Below are positions 13,030 to 46,797 of a DNA stretch of 64,000 nucleotides, in pieces. Position numbers and translations under genes: made by a program. The notes under the pieces are model-generated. The model saw only the letters and a program-made list of their open reading frames with translations, was not told the origin of the DNA and searched no databases. The DNA is from the human T2T-CHM13v2.0 reference genome, Homo sapiens, in the NCBI RefSeq assembly GCF_009914755.1, contig NC_060935.1; one strand, 5' to 3'. Position 1 is the stretch's first letter. Every line of letters starts with the position of its first letter.

Positions 13030-13390
13030 AGTTCCTTTATAGACCTGTTCAATTTGAGATGCTTGGCAGGGCTGTCATATTGAACAACCCCTATTCATTC
13101 TATGTGGATGATGCCACATGAAGTTGTACAGCATTGGCCTAAATTATGAGACATCTACATAGACATCCAGGAGTTCGTTGGAATTAAGGGGCAAAAAAAT
13201 TCAAGAAAGATGTCAGGGTTATAACTGCAAATAGAGGAGTCATTCAAAATAAGAACTGAAGTCATGTATCTGGGTGACATTCCCCATGAAGAGATGGCAA
13301 AAAGAGTAGAAGTGCAAAGACAGAAACTTGAAGAACATCTTCATTTAGTGACTAGAGGGAGGAAAGGGGCAAATTAAAGAGACATAAGTT
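13030..13390 (-). mobile_element. L2 (LINE-2) ORF2/RT-region fragment in TPH1 3' UTR
   Basis: Similar to L2 consensus around the GVPQGSVLGPLLF and YADD-encoding region, and to the L2 copy at 48.4 kb. Confidence 0.7.
13262..13351 (-). CDS. TPH1: TPH1 alternative C-terminal exon (466-aa isoform), spliced from internal donor at 14628
   Basis: Acceptor CCCCTTTCCTCCCTCTAG| then SLNEDVLQVSVFALLLFLPSLHGECHPDT*; in-phase donor AAG|GTCAGC inside exon 11. Matches my recollection of the known second TPH1 isoform. Confidence 0.8.
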   Translation of the reverse strand, partial: SLNEDVLQVSVFALLLFLPSLHGECHPDT

Positions 13391-14603
13391 TGTATTTTGG
13401 AGTTCAGCTTCACCCATTTATAACAGGACTGCTTACTCCCTGTGCTACACAGCTGACTCTGCATAAAAACCATTCCTTGGCAATCCTTACATTACTTACA
13501 GTCTCAGTCCTAAACCACTCTTCTTGACCTTTCTGACATTCTATTTCCTCCCCTTTTCTGCAGCCTCTACTCTCATTGCATACCTTTCTGTTTATGGCCT
13601 CACCTTATACCTTAGAAATAAAGTACTCAGCACTGTTTTTTCTATCTTTTACTTTGTGCTTCTCTTATCTATCTCAGTTTGAACTCTTCCTTTGATAACA
13701 ATGCTTCCTGTTAATCTGGGGACAATCCCATTATAATACCTAGGACCACATGTCTGAGTACAGCCCCATGCAAGTCGCATCTCTACTAAGTTTCCCTTGG
13801 ACCCATGAGTAGGATAGATAGTCCAGAATAAAACCAGTATCGTGTGATGTCATTGAAAGAAAACAAAGTTTCAAGGAAGATAGTCACTTGGGAAGGGGCT
13901 CCCTAATGCCTAAAAAATAAAGTCTCGAATTTTTAGCCTAGTCTTAATGATTATGCCCCATTCAACCTTTCCAGGCTTAGCTACTCCCATTTCCCTACAA
14001 GATACTACACTTGAAACTAGACTACTTGCTCTTTACTAGGTATCCTCCATGTGCAAAGGCCTCTATACTTTTGCTCATGCTAGCAACAAAGACAGCAGGG
14101 TCTCCTGTTAAATTTTAGTGTGAATGTGATTGAGCTTGGCACAAATTCAGCAATAAGTAACAGATACTTTAGAAATAAGGGGATCTTAGGTAACAATATG
14201 AGTCAGCGCCATAATACTCCTCAAGTTATTCTAAGCGATCCTAAAGGGTCATTTTACTCAAGGAGGATTGGGGAAAATAGAGTTAGGCTGAGATTAGATC
14301 TATCTATTGGGTCAAACAACTTCTCTATTAAAAATGGGTGGTCAGTGGCTTGTATGGTATATAAATTGTCTCATTAAAGCTGCTACCAAAAAAAAAAAGA
14401 AATAAAACTAAACAAAAAAATAAGTGGTAAATAGAATATCCAGGTACAAATTTTCAAAGACTAGTGATTCCTTAAGTAGTGGAATTCGATAATATTGTTT
14501 GGCCAGAAGATGCTGTCCCTCCAGGATCAGGTGTTCAAGGAAAGCAAGAGATGGCCCAGACCTCCGAATTGATGCTCAAATGTTCCTGGATGACTGGCTA
14601 CTG

Positions 14604-34383
<19,780 letters not shown>

Positions 34384-36943
34384 GATGAATTTGGAGTAAT
34401 TCTCTAAAACTAAAGTATGAAAACAAAGACTACGGGCTAAAAAAGAAGTTGCACAATGCAGACAATATTTGATAACTAAGGGCTCATTTACTTCTAGGAG
34501 CTTCAGTTTCTTAACCTTTTATAAAACCTGGATATGCAGATAAGCTTTGCAAGAATCTAGTGAGACCAAAATAAGATACAACTTTGCCTGACACCTGCCT
34601 AGAATAGAATACATGTTAGTAGTTCCCTTTTGTTTTTTTTCTAAACCAATCGCTCTTTTAGGGCATGACTGAAGCCTGCTGGCTTCTTGCAGTCTTCCCA
34701 ACTATTGTAGCCTAAACTAGTCAGGAAGGCCTACCTCCTCCCCACCTTGCCCACAATCTTAGCACTTCATTATACCAGGTCTCAAATGGTTTCCCCAAAT
34801 GTTCTATTCGAACATATCTCACCTTCTAACAAGGCAGCAAGCTCCTCCAGAGTGGGGACAAGGCTTTCTATTTATTTTGTAAACTAAAGGCCTGGCCAGC
34901 TCTAGATACATATGCACTAGATGGATAACTGCTAGCCAGGAGAATTCTAGTTCTGCTTCTCAGAAGATGAACCAGAGATCTACTTTGGTATCTTCTTAAC
35001 CACCTATTTACACTGCAAAACAGTGTAAGGAAATATGTGGAATGTGAAGTCAGACATATCTAATCATTGGCCTCATGTTTATCAGTGTATGACCTCGGGC
35101 ATGCTACTTAACCTTTCTAATATAAAACTAAGTTACCAAACAGCTACCAGAACTCATAACATCCAAAATTCTCACTCGTTTTAAAACATCATAACATGGC
35201 GTGCTATTCTGAGATTTTCCTCACGGAAGAAACTAGGATATTTCAGGTACCAAGAAGAGTTAGAGATACATAATTCAAAATTTAACTAACATTTATGAAT
35301 TCATTGGGTTCAAGTTTCCAAAACTACCAAGATTTTTAAATTATGCCAAATTAGTCTCTAGAACTAAAAACAATTTCTATTTCAAATGCTATAAAACTAA
35401 ATGGCCAGTTAAACTGAATAATTATGTGGATTTTTCTTTGATTCAAATAATTACTAATGGTAAAACGAATAAAATTTCAACCCAAGCGCATTCACATGTG
35501 TGAAGCACCACAGTCAAAGTTAGGGCAGTAAAAATTTAAAAACAAGACAACTTGCCTCCAAATAATTCACACACTTGTTCATGGGGAAGGAGAAAATGGA
35601 AGACAGACTTCTCAATAAGTACAAATAAGCAGAAAAGAAGGGACACTGAGATCCCAGCCATGACACCCAAGGAGTACACTCAACCACCCCTCACCTTCCC
35701 ACCACCCCACCCCTTTGATCAATATCCCATGTGCTTCTAAAGATGACTGAATATAGCTTCTAGCCCATCCATGAGTCTCTGCTGAGAAAGGATTTATGGA
35801 TGAGAAGCAGGAGATCTTAAGAGATTTTCCACTTCAAAGGAAGTGACCATTTCTTAAGGTAAACTTAAGTATACACAGAAAATTCCAAATTGGTGGCTCT
35901 GGGGCTAAAAATTCAGGGATGGCCTCAGATAAGCATTCTCAAAATGTTTTTAGGGATGTGAAAACTTTCAGAAACGTTTCTTACCCATTCAATTACCACT
36001 CAAAGATTGACTTTTCTTATCAAACACAGAGTATGGGCGACGTTGTCCTATAGCGTGAAAATGTAAACAATAAAAGAGATGCAAAATAATATAACAAATT
36101 GCTAGTAATAAATCTTTCTGCAAATCCATCTAGGCAAGTTATAATCTTTATATGTATCAACCTCTTTATTTGCAAACTTGGAGGGAGGATAATTAACACC
36201 ACTCTCATGATTATAAGGAGGATTAAACATATATAAACTTATGAGAATTAAATAGTTATAATTTACATAAAACTCTTAGAACAGTTGCTAACCTACACTA
36301 AGTACTCAATAAGTATTATCTCAAGTAATGGGGAATATGTCCCAAATTTTCCAGTTTTCAAAAAAAGAGAAAATGTTCAAGTAATGAAATAGACATTCTA
36401 AATACCTCTGGCTAAGAATTTTTCTTGCCCTAGGAATTAGGCATTTTACAAGATGGTTAACATATTTCTTACAATAGCAAGCATGTGGAAAAGTTGCTTT
36501 ATGATATAAAATGTCAGTATTGTTTTGTATCAAGGTGATTTCAGTTTCATTAATTTATTATAAAACCCCTAAAGTGTATTAAATTCCAAATCTCAAGAAA
36601 ATAATTCAGCAGTTTTTTTGCAAACAAATAGACAAAGACCCCAAAGTAAAATGTACTGAGTTACCCTATAGTTACTGAGTCCTCATGTTTCCTGATACCA
36701 TCACCATGACATGCAGAAGGAAGAGGATTCTGCAAATATAAGCTATTTCCTGGCCAACCACTAGCTTCATCATGTAAATCAGCTTTAAGAACTGGGAGCA
36801 AGGATCAGAGAACAGTAAAGAAAAGTTACCACTGATTTTTTCCAGTCAGTGGTAACACTAACAGAATTCTAGATCTCCTGATAATTTGTCTTTCAACAAC
36901 CTCTTGGAGCTTGGAATAAAACTCTTCATATAAAACTATATGA

Positions 36944-37501
<558 letters not shown>

Positions 37502-37739
37502 TGAGAATTTCCTTCAATTTTCAAAACTGGTCCCTAAGCTTTCCTGGAAGTTGCTATTGTGAGAAGGTGCTAACAGTCATGGCTCCATCCCTTTAGGGTT
37601 CATAATTATTTTCTTTACCTGATTCTGGAATGGATCAAGTTTTGTGCCAACATCTCCTTAGTTGGTGTGGGGAGAGGAGGGTGAAGGATACATTAATTGA
37701 AATTTATGATATGCAAGGCATTTATATTATTTTGATTTA

Positions 37740-38132
<393 letters not shown>

Positions 38133-39861
38133 CTAGAAGAAAATTCTCACCCTCTTTTTTGTTCCCCCCCACCCCAAAATAATCTTACAGGACATAGATC
38201 TTTGATCGTTACTAAAACTTGGCCATAACTTTGCTTGGTTGACAGAGCTTATGAGGCATCAGTTATTTTTTCCTCCAGTTAACCCCAAACCGCTTTCAGA
38301 ACCTCAATATTTTGCCTTGTTACTTTTTCCTTTCCCCTTTCAACCTACCCACCTCCTCCTACTCTTTCAGGAAAACAAAACAAAACAAAACAAAACAAAA
38401 AAACACAATACTAACCTGGTAAGATAAAATAGGTCACACTTGTTTGAATCAGTGTCTCATCAATACATAAGCATTTTATTTTTAAAGCAACTCTCTGATC
38501 AGCTAATACCAACTGGTACCCTTTTCTCATGAAAGGTAGAGTCATTTTCCTACTGCGTCTCCTGGCCTAAGGATGCACTGTGTAGGACATACCACTGGAA
38601 ATAAGGAAAAAATACCAAGAAGACACTCAGAAGATCAACAGACCCGACCCTTGGGAGAGGTCAAGGCGTATACAATGACCAACTCTTTTCTTCCCTTAGT
38701 TTAATCAGTAAAACAAGTGTAATTTATATTTACCGGATCTAGGAAGCACAAAGCACTACTGAATTAGTCTTTTGAAAGCATGGATATTGTTTGAAGACAG
38801 AACTAAAAACTGCAAGGAGGATTCTTTCAGAGGGAGGGAATCCTCTACGGAGTCTTGATTTTCTTTTCTAAATAAGGAGTGGGAATGAGGATGAAAGTGT
38901 AGATGAAATACAAAAGAAAACACTATCCATGAAAAACAGTATTCTAGGAAATAAAGGCACTGGCAGAGAAAATGGAAATAGAAGACACATCCCTATCTGG
39001 AGATAATCTAATAATACATGTACAAATGGACCTCAGTGATAACATATGTAAACCACAGATTATAACTTTACAGAAACATTGATATTAGAATTCCACCCCC
39101 CCCTTTTTTTTTTAACTAACAGGCACAAACTTTTCCTGGGTTAGCAAGTTCAACTCTAGTCTTTTTCCTGCTAAGTCAAGTAGAGTGGGACATCAATGAG
39201 AAGTTCATTTTAAACCTCTGAAAATCAAACGCCAAAGGCAAGGTTGAGTTCACACGGACTCTTAACTGACTCTAAACCGCAAGGACCTAGTCCTCTTTGT
39301 CAATTGCGACCTTGCAAAAAGCTCTCAGTCGTCTGTTGGGATGGTGGTGATGATGGTAAGTGCGATGCTGAGAAGCTTTGCATCTGAGACTCCTTCTTCT
39401 TCGGGAGGCTGTTTAAGGGAAGCTTCCCTTCATGGGAGGAGAAGAAAAAAAGAGACATTGCCCTTTGATGGAGAGGAAGGGAAGGAAGAAAAATCTTACT
39501 GTTTCTGCCAACATAGAGGAGTCACACAGACTTGGGTTGGACTCTGGACCCCACTTTCCTCATCTGGGGACTCAAGAAATATCTACCAGAGTTTGTCATG
39601 AAGGTGAAATCTCATGATGGCTAAAGAGTCTGTTCCTGGCACACAGGAGGCACTCAGAAAGTGTCTTTTCTCCCCAAACAGCGTGGGAGGAAAGAATAGT
39701 AAGCGTTTATAGGGGTACAACTCCGACCTCCCAAATCTGACTCCGCAAGACCACCAATTTACCTCCCGGGAGGGTGACTCTGCCCAGCCCCGCGCCTGCC
39801 AAGCGCCGCCAAAGCCTCGACGGCGGTCCCCGGTGCCCGCGGGAAGGGCCGCCTCACTCAC

Positions 39862-39890
39862 CTCGGGCGCCAGTAGGTGCAGGCTGGGTC
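39862..39890 (-). other. TPH1: TPH1 non-coding exon 1 (5' end approximate)
   Basis: Strong donor CGAG|GTGAGT at 39861-39860, located ~30-60 nt downstream of the TATA box in a small CpG island. Confidence 0.8.
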
Positions 39891-39899
39891 GGCCGGCGG

Positions 39900-40010
39900 C
39901 CCCGCGCTGCCTGTCTCTTATAGAAGCGGGCGTCGGAGCAGCTGGGCAGCGGCCAATGAGAAGGGAGGGCCGGCGGGTGTGGGGCGTGGGCAGTCGCGTC
40001 CGCCTGCTCC
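39900..40010 (-). promoter_or_regulatory. TPH1: TPH1 core promoter: TATA box (TATAAGA, 39922-39916), inverted CCAAT/NF-Y box (39953-39957), GC-rich Sp/KLF-type elements
   Basis: Motifs seen directly with canonical spacing. An inverted CCAAT box is an established feature of the TPH1 promoter. CpG-rich ~39770-40025. Confidence 0.88.
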
Positions 40011-40579
40011 CAGAGACTTGCACGCCTCAATCTCTGCGTGTATCTGACTGGTGTTTTAATTAAGTGAATGTTAGGCCGTCCTTAACCACACAAGTCTGAC
40101 TAACACTGAACAATCCAGAGTTGGACATTCTCTCCAAACCAAGATAACGCCTATTATCGACACAATGACCTGCTATAGGACTGCAGTGCTTCTCGCCTGT
40201 TGGAGACCAAAGCAAGAATCCCCCCACCTCCCACACCTCTCTGTGCTTCTGGGCTATTTAATAGCCCAGTCCTGACTTATTATTCTCTTGGTGCTTTCCC
40301 CCATTCCTTGAGGCAGAGCAACAGTTAGTTGAACTTTTTAGAAGAGAAGTGTTCAGTGCCCTTCTAATTAAAAAAAAATTTTAAGCTGCAAGCAGAGAAG
40401 CATTCTATATTAGCAAAAAATCATATTACGTGCTATTGTGAACAACAGGACATAGAGGCAAAAAATTTGGAATAGGTATTTACTGGTTGAGTAGTCAGTC
40501 GATTAGCTCCTTATCCCAAAGGACTGTACACATAACGAAGTATATTATAGGACATTCTTTCCTCCAATGTTTGAAAAGT

Positions 40580-40930
40580 AAGATTTATTGATGTATAATT
40601 AACATACAGTAATATTCACCCTGTGAGGTGTACAATTCTGAGTTTTGACAAACATGTATAGTTGTGTAACCACCAAACGATCAAAATATAGAACATTTCT
40701 ATCACTGCGAGAAATTTCCCTTGTCTAAAGTCTCTCACCTCACACCCAGCCCCTGGCAGCCACTGATCTGATTTCTGTCTCCACAGTTTTGCCTTCTCTG
40801 GAATGTCACAGAAATGAAATCATGAAATATGTACAGATTTTTGGCTCCTGGCACTTAACATAATGCTTTTGAGTTTCATGCAGGTATTAGTGATTTGTTC
40901 CTTTTCTTTCCTGTTTTCTTTTTTGCTGAG
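40580..40930 (-). mobile_element. Old L1M 3' UTR fragment
   Basis: TTTATTGATGTATAATT...CCAGCCCCTGGCAGCCACTGATCTG...TTTTGCCTTCTCTGGAATGTCA. Confidence 0.7.
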
Positions 40931-41217
40931 TATGGATGTACTTTAAAGCTCAGGATCTTTACAGCTTTTCTATGCATTTTTCTTTTATCTGTATAATGCT
41001 TCTATGAGGTACATATTATTTGTATTTTACAGATACGGAAATTGAAGCACAGGGGTGGCTCTAAGACGTTATTCTGGCACAGGCTAGTAAGTACCATCAA
41101 TAATCAAGCAAAAGTGTCTGAGTTTAAATCCAGTGCTCTTACTTCAATGCCATAAAAAATACTGGTCAGGGAGAGACCTTTCAGAACCAAGCTGAGGTCA
41201 AAGATGTCTTTCCTAAA

Positions 41218-43459
41218 CTGAAAGCCTTTCCTTGTAGATCTGGAACACGATAAGGATGCCCAATTTCACCACTATTATTCAACATAGTACTGGAAGTTCT
41301 AGCTAGAGCAATCAGACAAGAGAAGAAATAAAGGGCATCCAAACTGGAAAGGAAGAAGTCAAATTATCCTTGTTTGCAGATGATATGATCCTATATTTGG
41401 AAAAACCTAAAGACTCCACCAAAAAACTATTTGAACTGATTAAATAATTCACTAATGTTGCAGGATACAAAATCAACATACAAAAATCAATAGCGTTTCT
41501 GTATGCCAATGGTGAACAGTATGAAAAAGAAATTAATCCCATTTACAATAGCCACAAATAAAATAAGTACCTAGGAATTAACCAAAGGAGTGAAAGATCT
41601 CTACAATGAAAACTATAAAATACTCATGAAAGAAATTAAAGAGGACACCAAAAGAACAGAAGGCTATTCCAAGTTCATGGATCGGAAGAATCCTTATTGT
41701 TCAAATGTCCATGCTACCCAAAGCAATCTACAGATTCAAGGCAATCCCTATCAAAATACCAAAGACTTTCCTTACAGAAATAGAAAAAACAACCCTAAAA
41801 TTTATATGGAATCACAAAAGACCCAGAACAGCCAAAGCTATCCTGAGCAAAAAGCACAAAACTGGAGGAATCACATTACCTGACTTCAAATTATACTGCA
41901 GAGCTACAGTAACCAAAACAGCATGGTTCTGGCATAAAAACAGACACATAGACCAATGGAACAAAATAGAGAACCCAGAAACGGATCCACACACCTACAG
42001 TGAACTCATTATTGACAAAGTTGCCAAGAACATACAATGGGGAAAGGACAGTCTCTCCAATAAATGCTGCTGGGAAAACTGGATATCCATCAGAAGAATG
42101 AAACTAGACCCCTATCTCTCACCATATATAAAAATCAAATCAAAATGGATTAAAGACTCAAATCTAAGACCTCATACTATGAAACCACTGCAAGAAAACA
42201 TTGGGGAAACACTCCAGGACATCAGTCTACTCAAAAATGTCTTGAGTGATACCCCACAAGCACAGGCAACCAAAGGAAAAATGATTGCATGGGATCACAT
42301 CAAGTTAAAAAACTTCTGTACAGCAAAGGAAACAATTGACAAAGAGAAGAGACAACTCACAGAATGGGAGAAAATATTTGCAAAGTACCCATCTGACAAG
42401 GGATTAATAACCAGAATATATAAGGAGTTCAAACAGCTCTATAGGAAAAAATTTAATAATCCAATTAAAAATGGTCAAAAGATTTGAATAGACATTTCTC
42501 CAAAGAAGACATACAAATGGCAAATAGACATATGAAAAGGTGCTCAACATCCTTGGTCATCAGATAAATGCAAATCAAAACTACAATAACATGTCATCTC
42601 ACCCTGGTCAGGCAATAACAAATACTAGAGAGGATGTGGAGAAAAGGGAACCCTTGTACACTGTTGGTGGGAATGTATAATAAATTAGTACGACCACTAT
42701 GAAGAACAGTTTGGACGTGCCTCAAAAAACTGAAAATAGAGCTACCATATGATCCAGCACTCCCACTGCTGGGTATATACCCAAAGGAAGGAAATCAGCG
42801 TATTGAAGAGATATCTGCACTCTCATGTTTGTTGCAGCACTGTTCACAATAGTCAAGATTTGAAAACAACCTGTGTTCATCAACAGACGAATGGTTAAAG
42901 AAAATGTGGTACTTACACACAATGGAGTACCATTCAGCCATAAAAAAGAATGAGATTCTGTCATTTGCAACAACATGGATGGAAATGGAGATCATTATGT
43001 TAAGTGAAATAAGCCAGGCACAGAGACAAACATCGCATGTTCTCACTTATTTGTAGGATCTAAAAATCAGAACAACTAAACTCATGGAGACAGAGAATAG
43101 AAGGATGGTTACCAGAGGCTGGGAAGGGTAGTGGGAGGTACAGGGAATGGGGGGTTGTGGGGGATGGCTAATGGGGACCAAAAAACAGAAAAAATGAAAA
43201 AGGCTTAGTATTTGATAGAACAACAGGAGGACTATAGTCAATAATAATTTAATTACACATTTAAAAATAACTAAAAGAATATAATAGGATTGTTTGTAAC
43301 ACAAAGAATAAATGCTTGAGGGAATGGATACCCAATTTTCAATGATGTGTTTATTACACATTGCATGCCTCTACCAAAATATCTCATGTATCCCATAAGT
43401 ACATACACCTACTACATGCCCACAAAAATTATAAATAAAAATAAATTTAAAAATAGAAA
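41218..43459 (+). mobile_element. 5'-truncated L1 (L1MA/L1PB-type), decayed ORF2 3' half plus 3' UTR
   Basis: ORF2 peptides ([25 protein letters not shown]); 18-bp TSD AAAGATGTCTTTCCTAAA at 41200-41217 and 43460-43477. Confidence 0.93.
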
Positions 43460-43629
43460 AAAGATGTCTTTCCTAAAGTTGGGACTACAGGAGGGCTTAA
43501 ACCACCCCTGATGAAGAAGAGAGATGGCACCAACTCATTTAATGAGCACATCCACAAGGAGGTCAAGAGAATAGGTTGGATGCTGGCCCTGAGGTGGAAA
43601 GGCCTTAGTAGTTGACACTTACAAATCAA

Positions 43630-43966
43630 GATGTCATCAGGGCTGGGTACCTGCTGCAGGCTTCAGGGGAGAATCTGTCCCCTCGCTTTTTCCAGCTTCT
43701 AGAGGTCACTGCATTCTTTGGTTCATGACCCCTTTGTCCATCTTCAAAGCAAGCAATGTGGCATCTTGTAATCTAAGTCTTTGTCTCCTTTCAGTGACAA
43801 AGACCCTGTGCTTCCATTCTGCCTACCCAGATAATCTGGGATGATCCCCCATCTCAAAACCATTCATCACATTTGCAAAATCTCTTCTCATGTTAGATAA
43901 CATAGTCATGGTTTCTAGACATTAGGACATGGACAATTTGGGGATGCCATTATTTTGCCTACCACA
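43630..43966 (-). mobile_element. MaLR MLT1-type LTR fragment
   Basis: GGGGAGAATCTG...TTTTCCAGCTTCTAGAGG...CCCAGATAATC...CTACCACA. Confidence 0.7.
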
Positions 43967-44509
43967 GAGAGGCACTGAAACTAGACACTTTGGGCAGTAT
44001 TTAGATGGGAAATGGTCTTTCTCCTTAAGTGTGTCCTATCATTTTAATCTGTGGAACCTATGGTGAAGGAGTTCTCTGACCTGGAGATGGGGCTTTTGAG
44101 AAACTGAAAGTGCTCACTGCACTGATGGTAAAGGACACCTCGCTGCACTCCCCAGATCTCCAGCAGAACATATTTGAGAGGGGACACATTCCAACCTCTC
44201 AGTTTCTCATTTGGTGGAACCTTTGGATTGATCCTCTTCCATCTTCATTTAGGAGTTCCTCTTTCTCTTCCCTCCAGGTATTCAGGGTTCCTCTGGCTGG
44301 GTGAGGATTTGGGCCCTCTTCTCTTTCCAGTCTATACCCTCTTCCTCGTCAATTGCACCTCCTTTCCTGTACCCTTGTTATGCGAACAACTCCAAAATGT
44401 GTGTTTCAAACTCAGATCTCCCTTCTGAACTCTAGACCTTTATATCCAATAATTTACCTTGTATACATGATACATTGGCATCTTCACATGTTCTAAAGTA
44501 AACTTAGGA

Positions 44510-45200
44510 AAAGAATAGGTGTTGGTGAGAACTGGGAGAAATTGGATCCTATCTTGCTGGTCGGAAGATAAAATGGCTCAGCCACTGTGGGAAAAATTTT
44601 GTTGGTTCCTCAAAAAGTTAAACACAGAATTAACATATGACCTGGCACTTCCACTCCTAGGTATGCACACAAAAGACTGAAAAGAGGAACTTGAACAAAT
44701 CCTTGTATGAGAATGTTCACAGCAGCACTATCCACAGCAGCCAAAAGATGGAAATAATCCAAATGTCCATCAACGGATAAGTGAGGTAAACAATCTGTGG
44801 TATACACATACAATTGAATAGTATTCTTCCTTATAAAAATAATGAAACATTGATACATGCTGCAACATGGATGGACCTGGAAAACATTACATAACGTGAA
44901 AGAAGCCAGAAATAAAGGTTGCATGTCCTATGATTCCATTTATATGAAATATTCAGAATAGGTAAATCTATAGAAACAGAATACAATGCAGTGGTTGCCC
45001 AAGGCAGGGTGTGAGGGAGTGGGAGAGTGAGGAGTGACTGCTTCATGGGTAAAAGGGGCTTTACTTTGGAATGACAGAAGTGTTTTGGAACTAGATAGAG
45101 GTAGTGGTTGTGCAACATTACGAATATACTGAATGCCACTAAGATGTTCACTTTAAAATGACTAATTTTAGGTTATGTGAATTTCATCTCAATAAATAAA
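44510..45200 (+). mobile_element. Old L1 (L1MB-like) 3' end
   Basis: Similar to L1M ORF2 end and 3' UTR (CCACTCCTAGGTAT, AATGTCCATCAAC, GATTCCATTTATATGAAAT), ending in AATAAA. Confidence 0.8.
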
Positions 45201-46762
45201 AGTAAATTTGATCTCTCTGCCTTCGAAGTCCTTCTTCCTTCCTGCATATGCTTCTCTCTCATCTCCTTCATCCCATCAATTAGCACATTTGGTCTTTTCT
45301 ACCTCCAATATATACTTGCATCCATCCACATCTCTCCATCTCTTCTGCCACTAAAATTCTGCAATTATCTCCTCACTGGTTTTTTTTATTTTCCCTTTTA
45401 ATCAACCTCCTCCTACCCATTCTCATTTTTAAAATATGCCCAAAACTGTTGTGTAGAGACTAGACAATAATTTTTGCCCTGTTTAAAAAATGCAACATAC
45501 AAACATGTCGCTACTCTAATTAAAACTACGCACTGGCCTATTATTCACGGGATGATATTTAAAACCCTTCCCATGTTCTCTGTAAAGGCCCCACATCTAG
45601 CCCCTAAGCACCTCTCTGGCCTCTTATCCAATCGCTCTCCCATCCCTCACTGCATTTCACTGGAGTGCTCTGTGTTCCAGTCCTCTAATCCACGCCCCTT
45701 CCCGCCGTAGTTAGGGCCTTCCTAGGTGCTTAAAGCTGAAGGTCCTCACTCCCACACCCTGACCCCTCCCTCTTTACCTGGTTAACCCCTTTCTCATCCT
45801 TTAGGTTTTCACTTAGGGTCAATTCCTTCCCTGAAGTAAATAGTCTCTCAGTGTAGGTTCTTCATTTTCTTTTTACACTCTGCTCTTTTACTTCAGAGAA
45901 CGTGTAACAACTGTTATTATACGGTCATGTCATTTGTTCACTTGTATCCCCCATAGGCAAAAAAAGTGACTGTTTTCTTATTTTACCTTTTTTTTCTTTT
46001 TGAATCTTCATTGGCTAGCCCAGTGCCCAGCACATAGGCACATAATAGTTTCTCAATAAATATTAGTTGCATTCGGGACAAATTAATGATAGCACCTATG
46101 TTCAGATAGGTGTGTGTGCATGCATCCATTCTAGCCTTTCTGTAGAACTGAATCCCAGGTGTGGAGTACTGCCATATTGCCTTCCAAAAAGATTATACCA
46201 ACTTACATTCCTATTCAAAAGAAAATAAAACAACATCCTCATCCTTCTCAACAGAGGAGGTTCTTAATTGCCTTAATGTTTGATAATCTCAATAGCACAA
46301 ATAAATATCTAATTTTTCAATTAGCATTTTTCTAATTATTAGCAAAGCCAAGCATCTTTTCAGACATTTGTTCACATGTGAACTTATTTCACTGCTCATT
46401 TTCAATGAGATTATTTTTTCTTATTGATAAGTAGGAGCTCCCTAAATATTATTGATATTAATGGTCTGCAATATGCAATGCTGTCATCCAAGCCTTTCAT
46501 TTTTCTTTCATATAATTTCAGATGTCTTGTATCTCAAAACTTTTTAAATTTGTTTTTATAAAGTCAAATCAAACTTTTAGGCTGGAGTTCAAGGGAGTCC
46601 CAAAATCACATCCTTCTCTTTCTTCCAAGTTCTAAGCCAGACAGATGGAGATTAGTTGTGAGGCAAGGAGTAAGGGTGGAAGCAGGGAGATGGGTTGAAA
46701 GGCTATTGAAGGGGTCCAGCTGAGATACAGTCATGGGTGTGGTGTAGAGTGGAGATGAGGAG

Positions 46763-46797
46763 TCACTTCTCGGCCTTTTGGCTAAGATCAAGTGTAG
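46763..46797 (+). pseudogene. 3'-truncated U2 snRNA retropseudogene (U2 nt 2-36)
   Basis: TCACTTCTCGGCCTTTTGGCTAAGATCAAGTGTAG matches the U2 5' end with one mismatch; 21-bp direct repeats at 46742-46762 and 46792-46812. Confidence 0.93.

Noticed and set aside
41705-42487. 260-aa ORF
   Set aside because: Fragment of decayed L1 ORF2, not a host gene.
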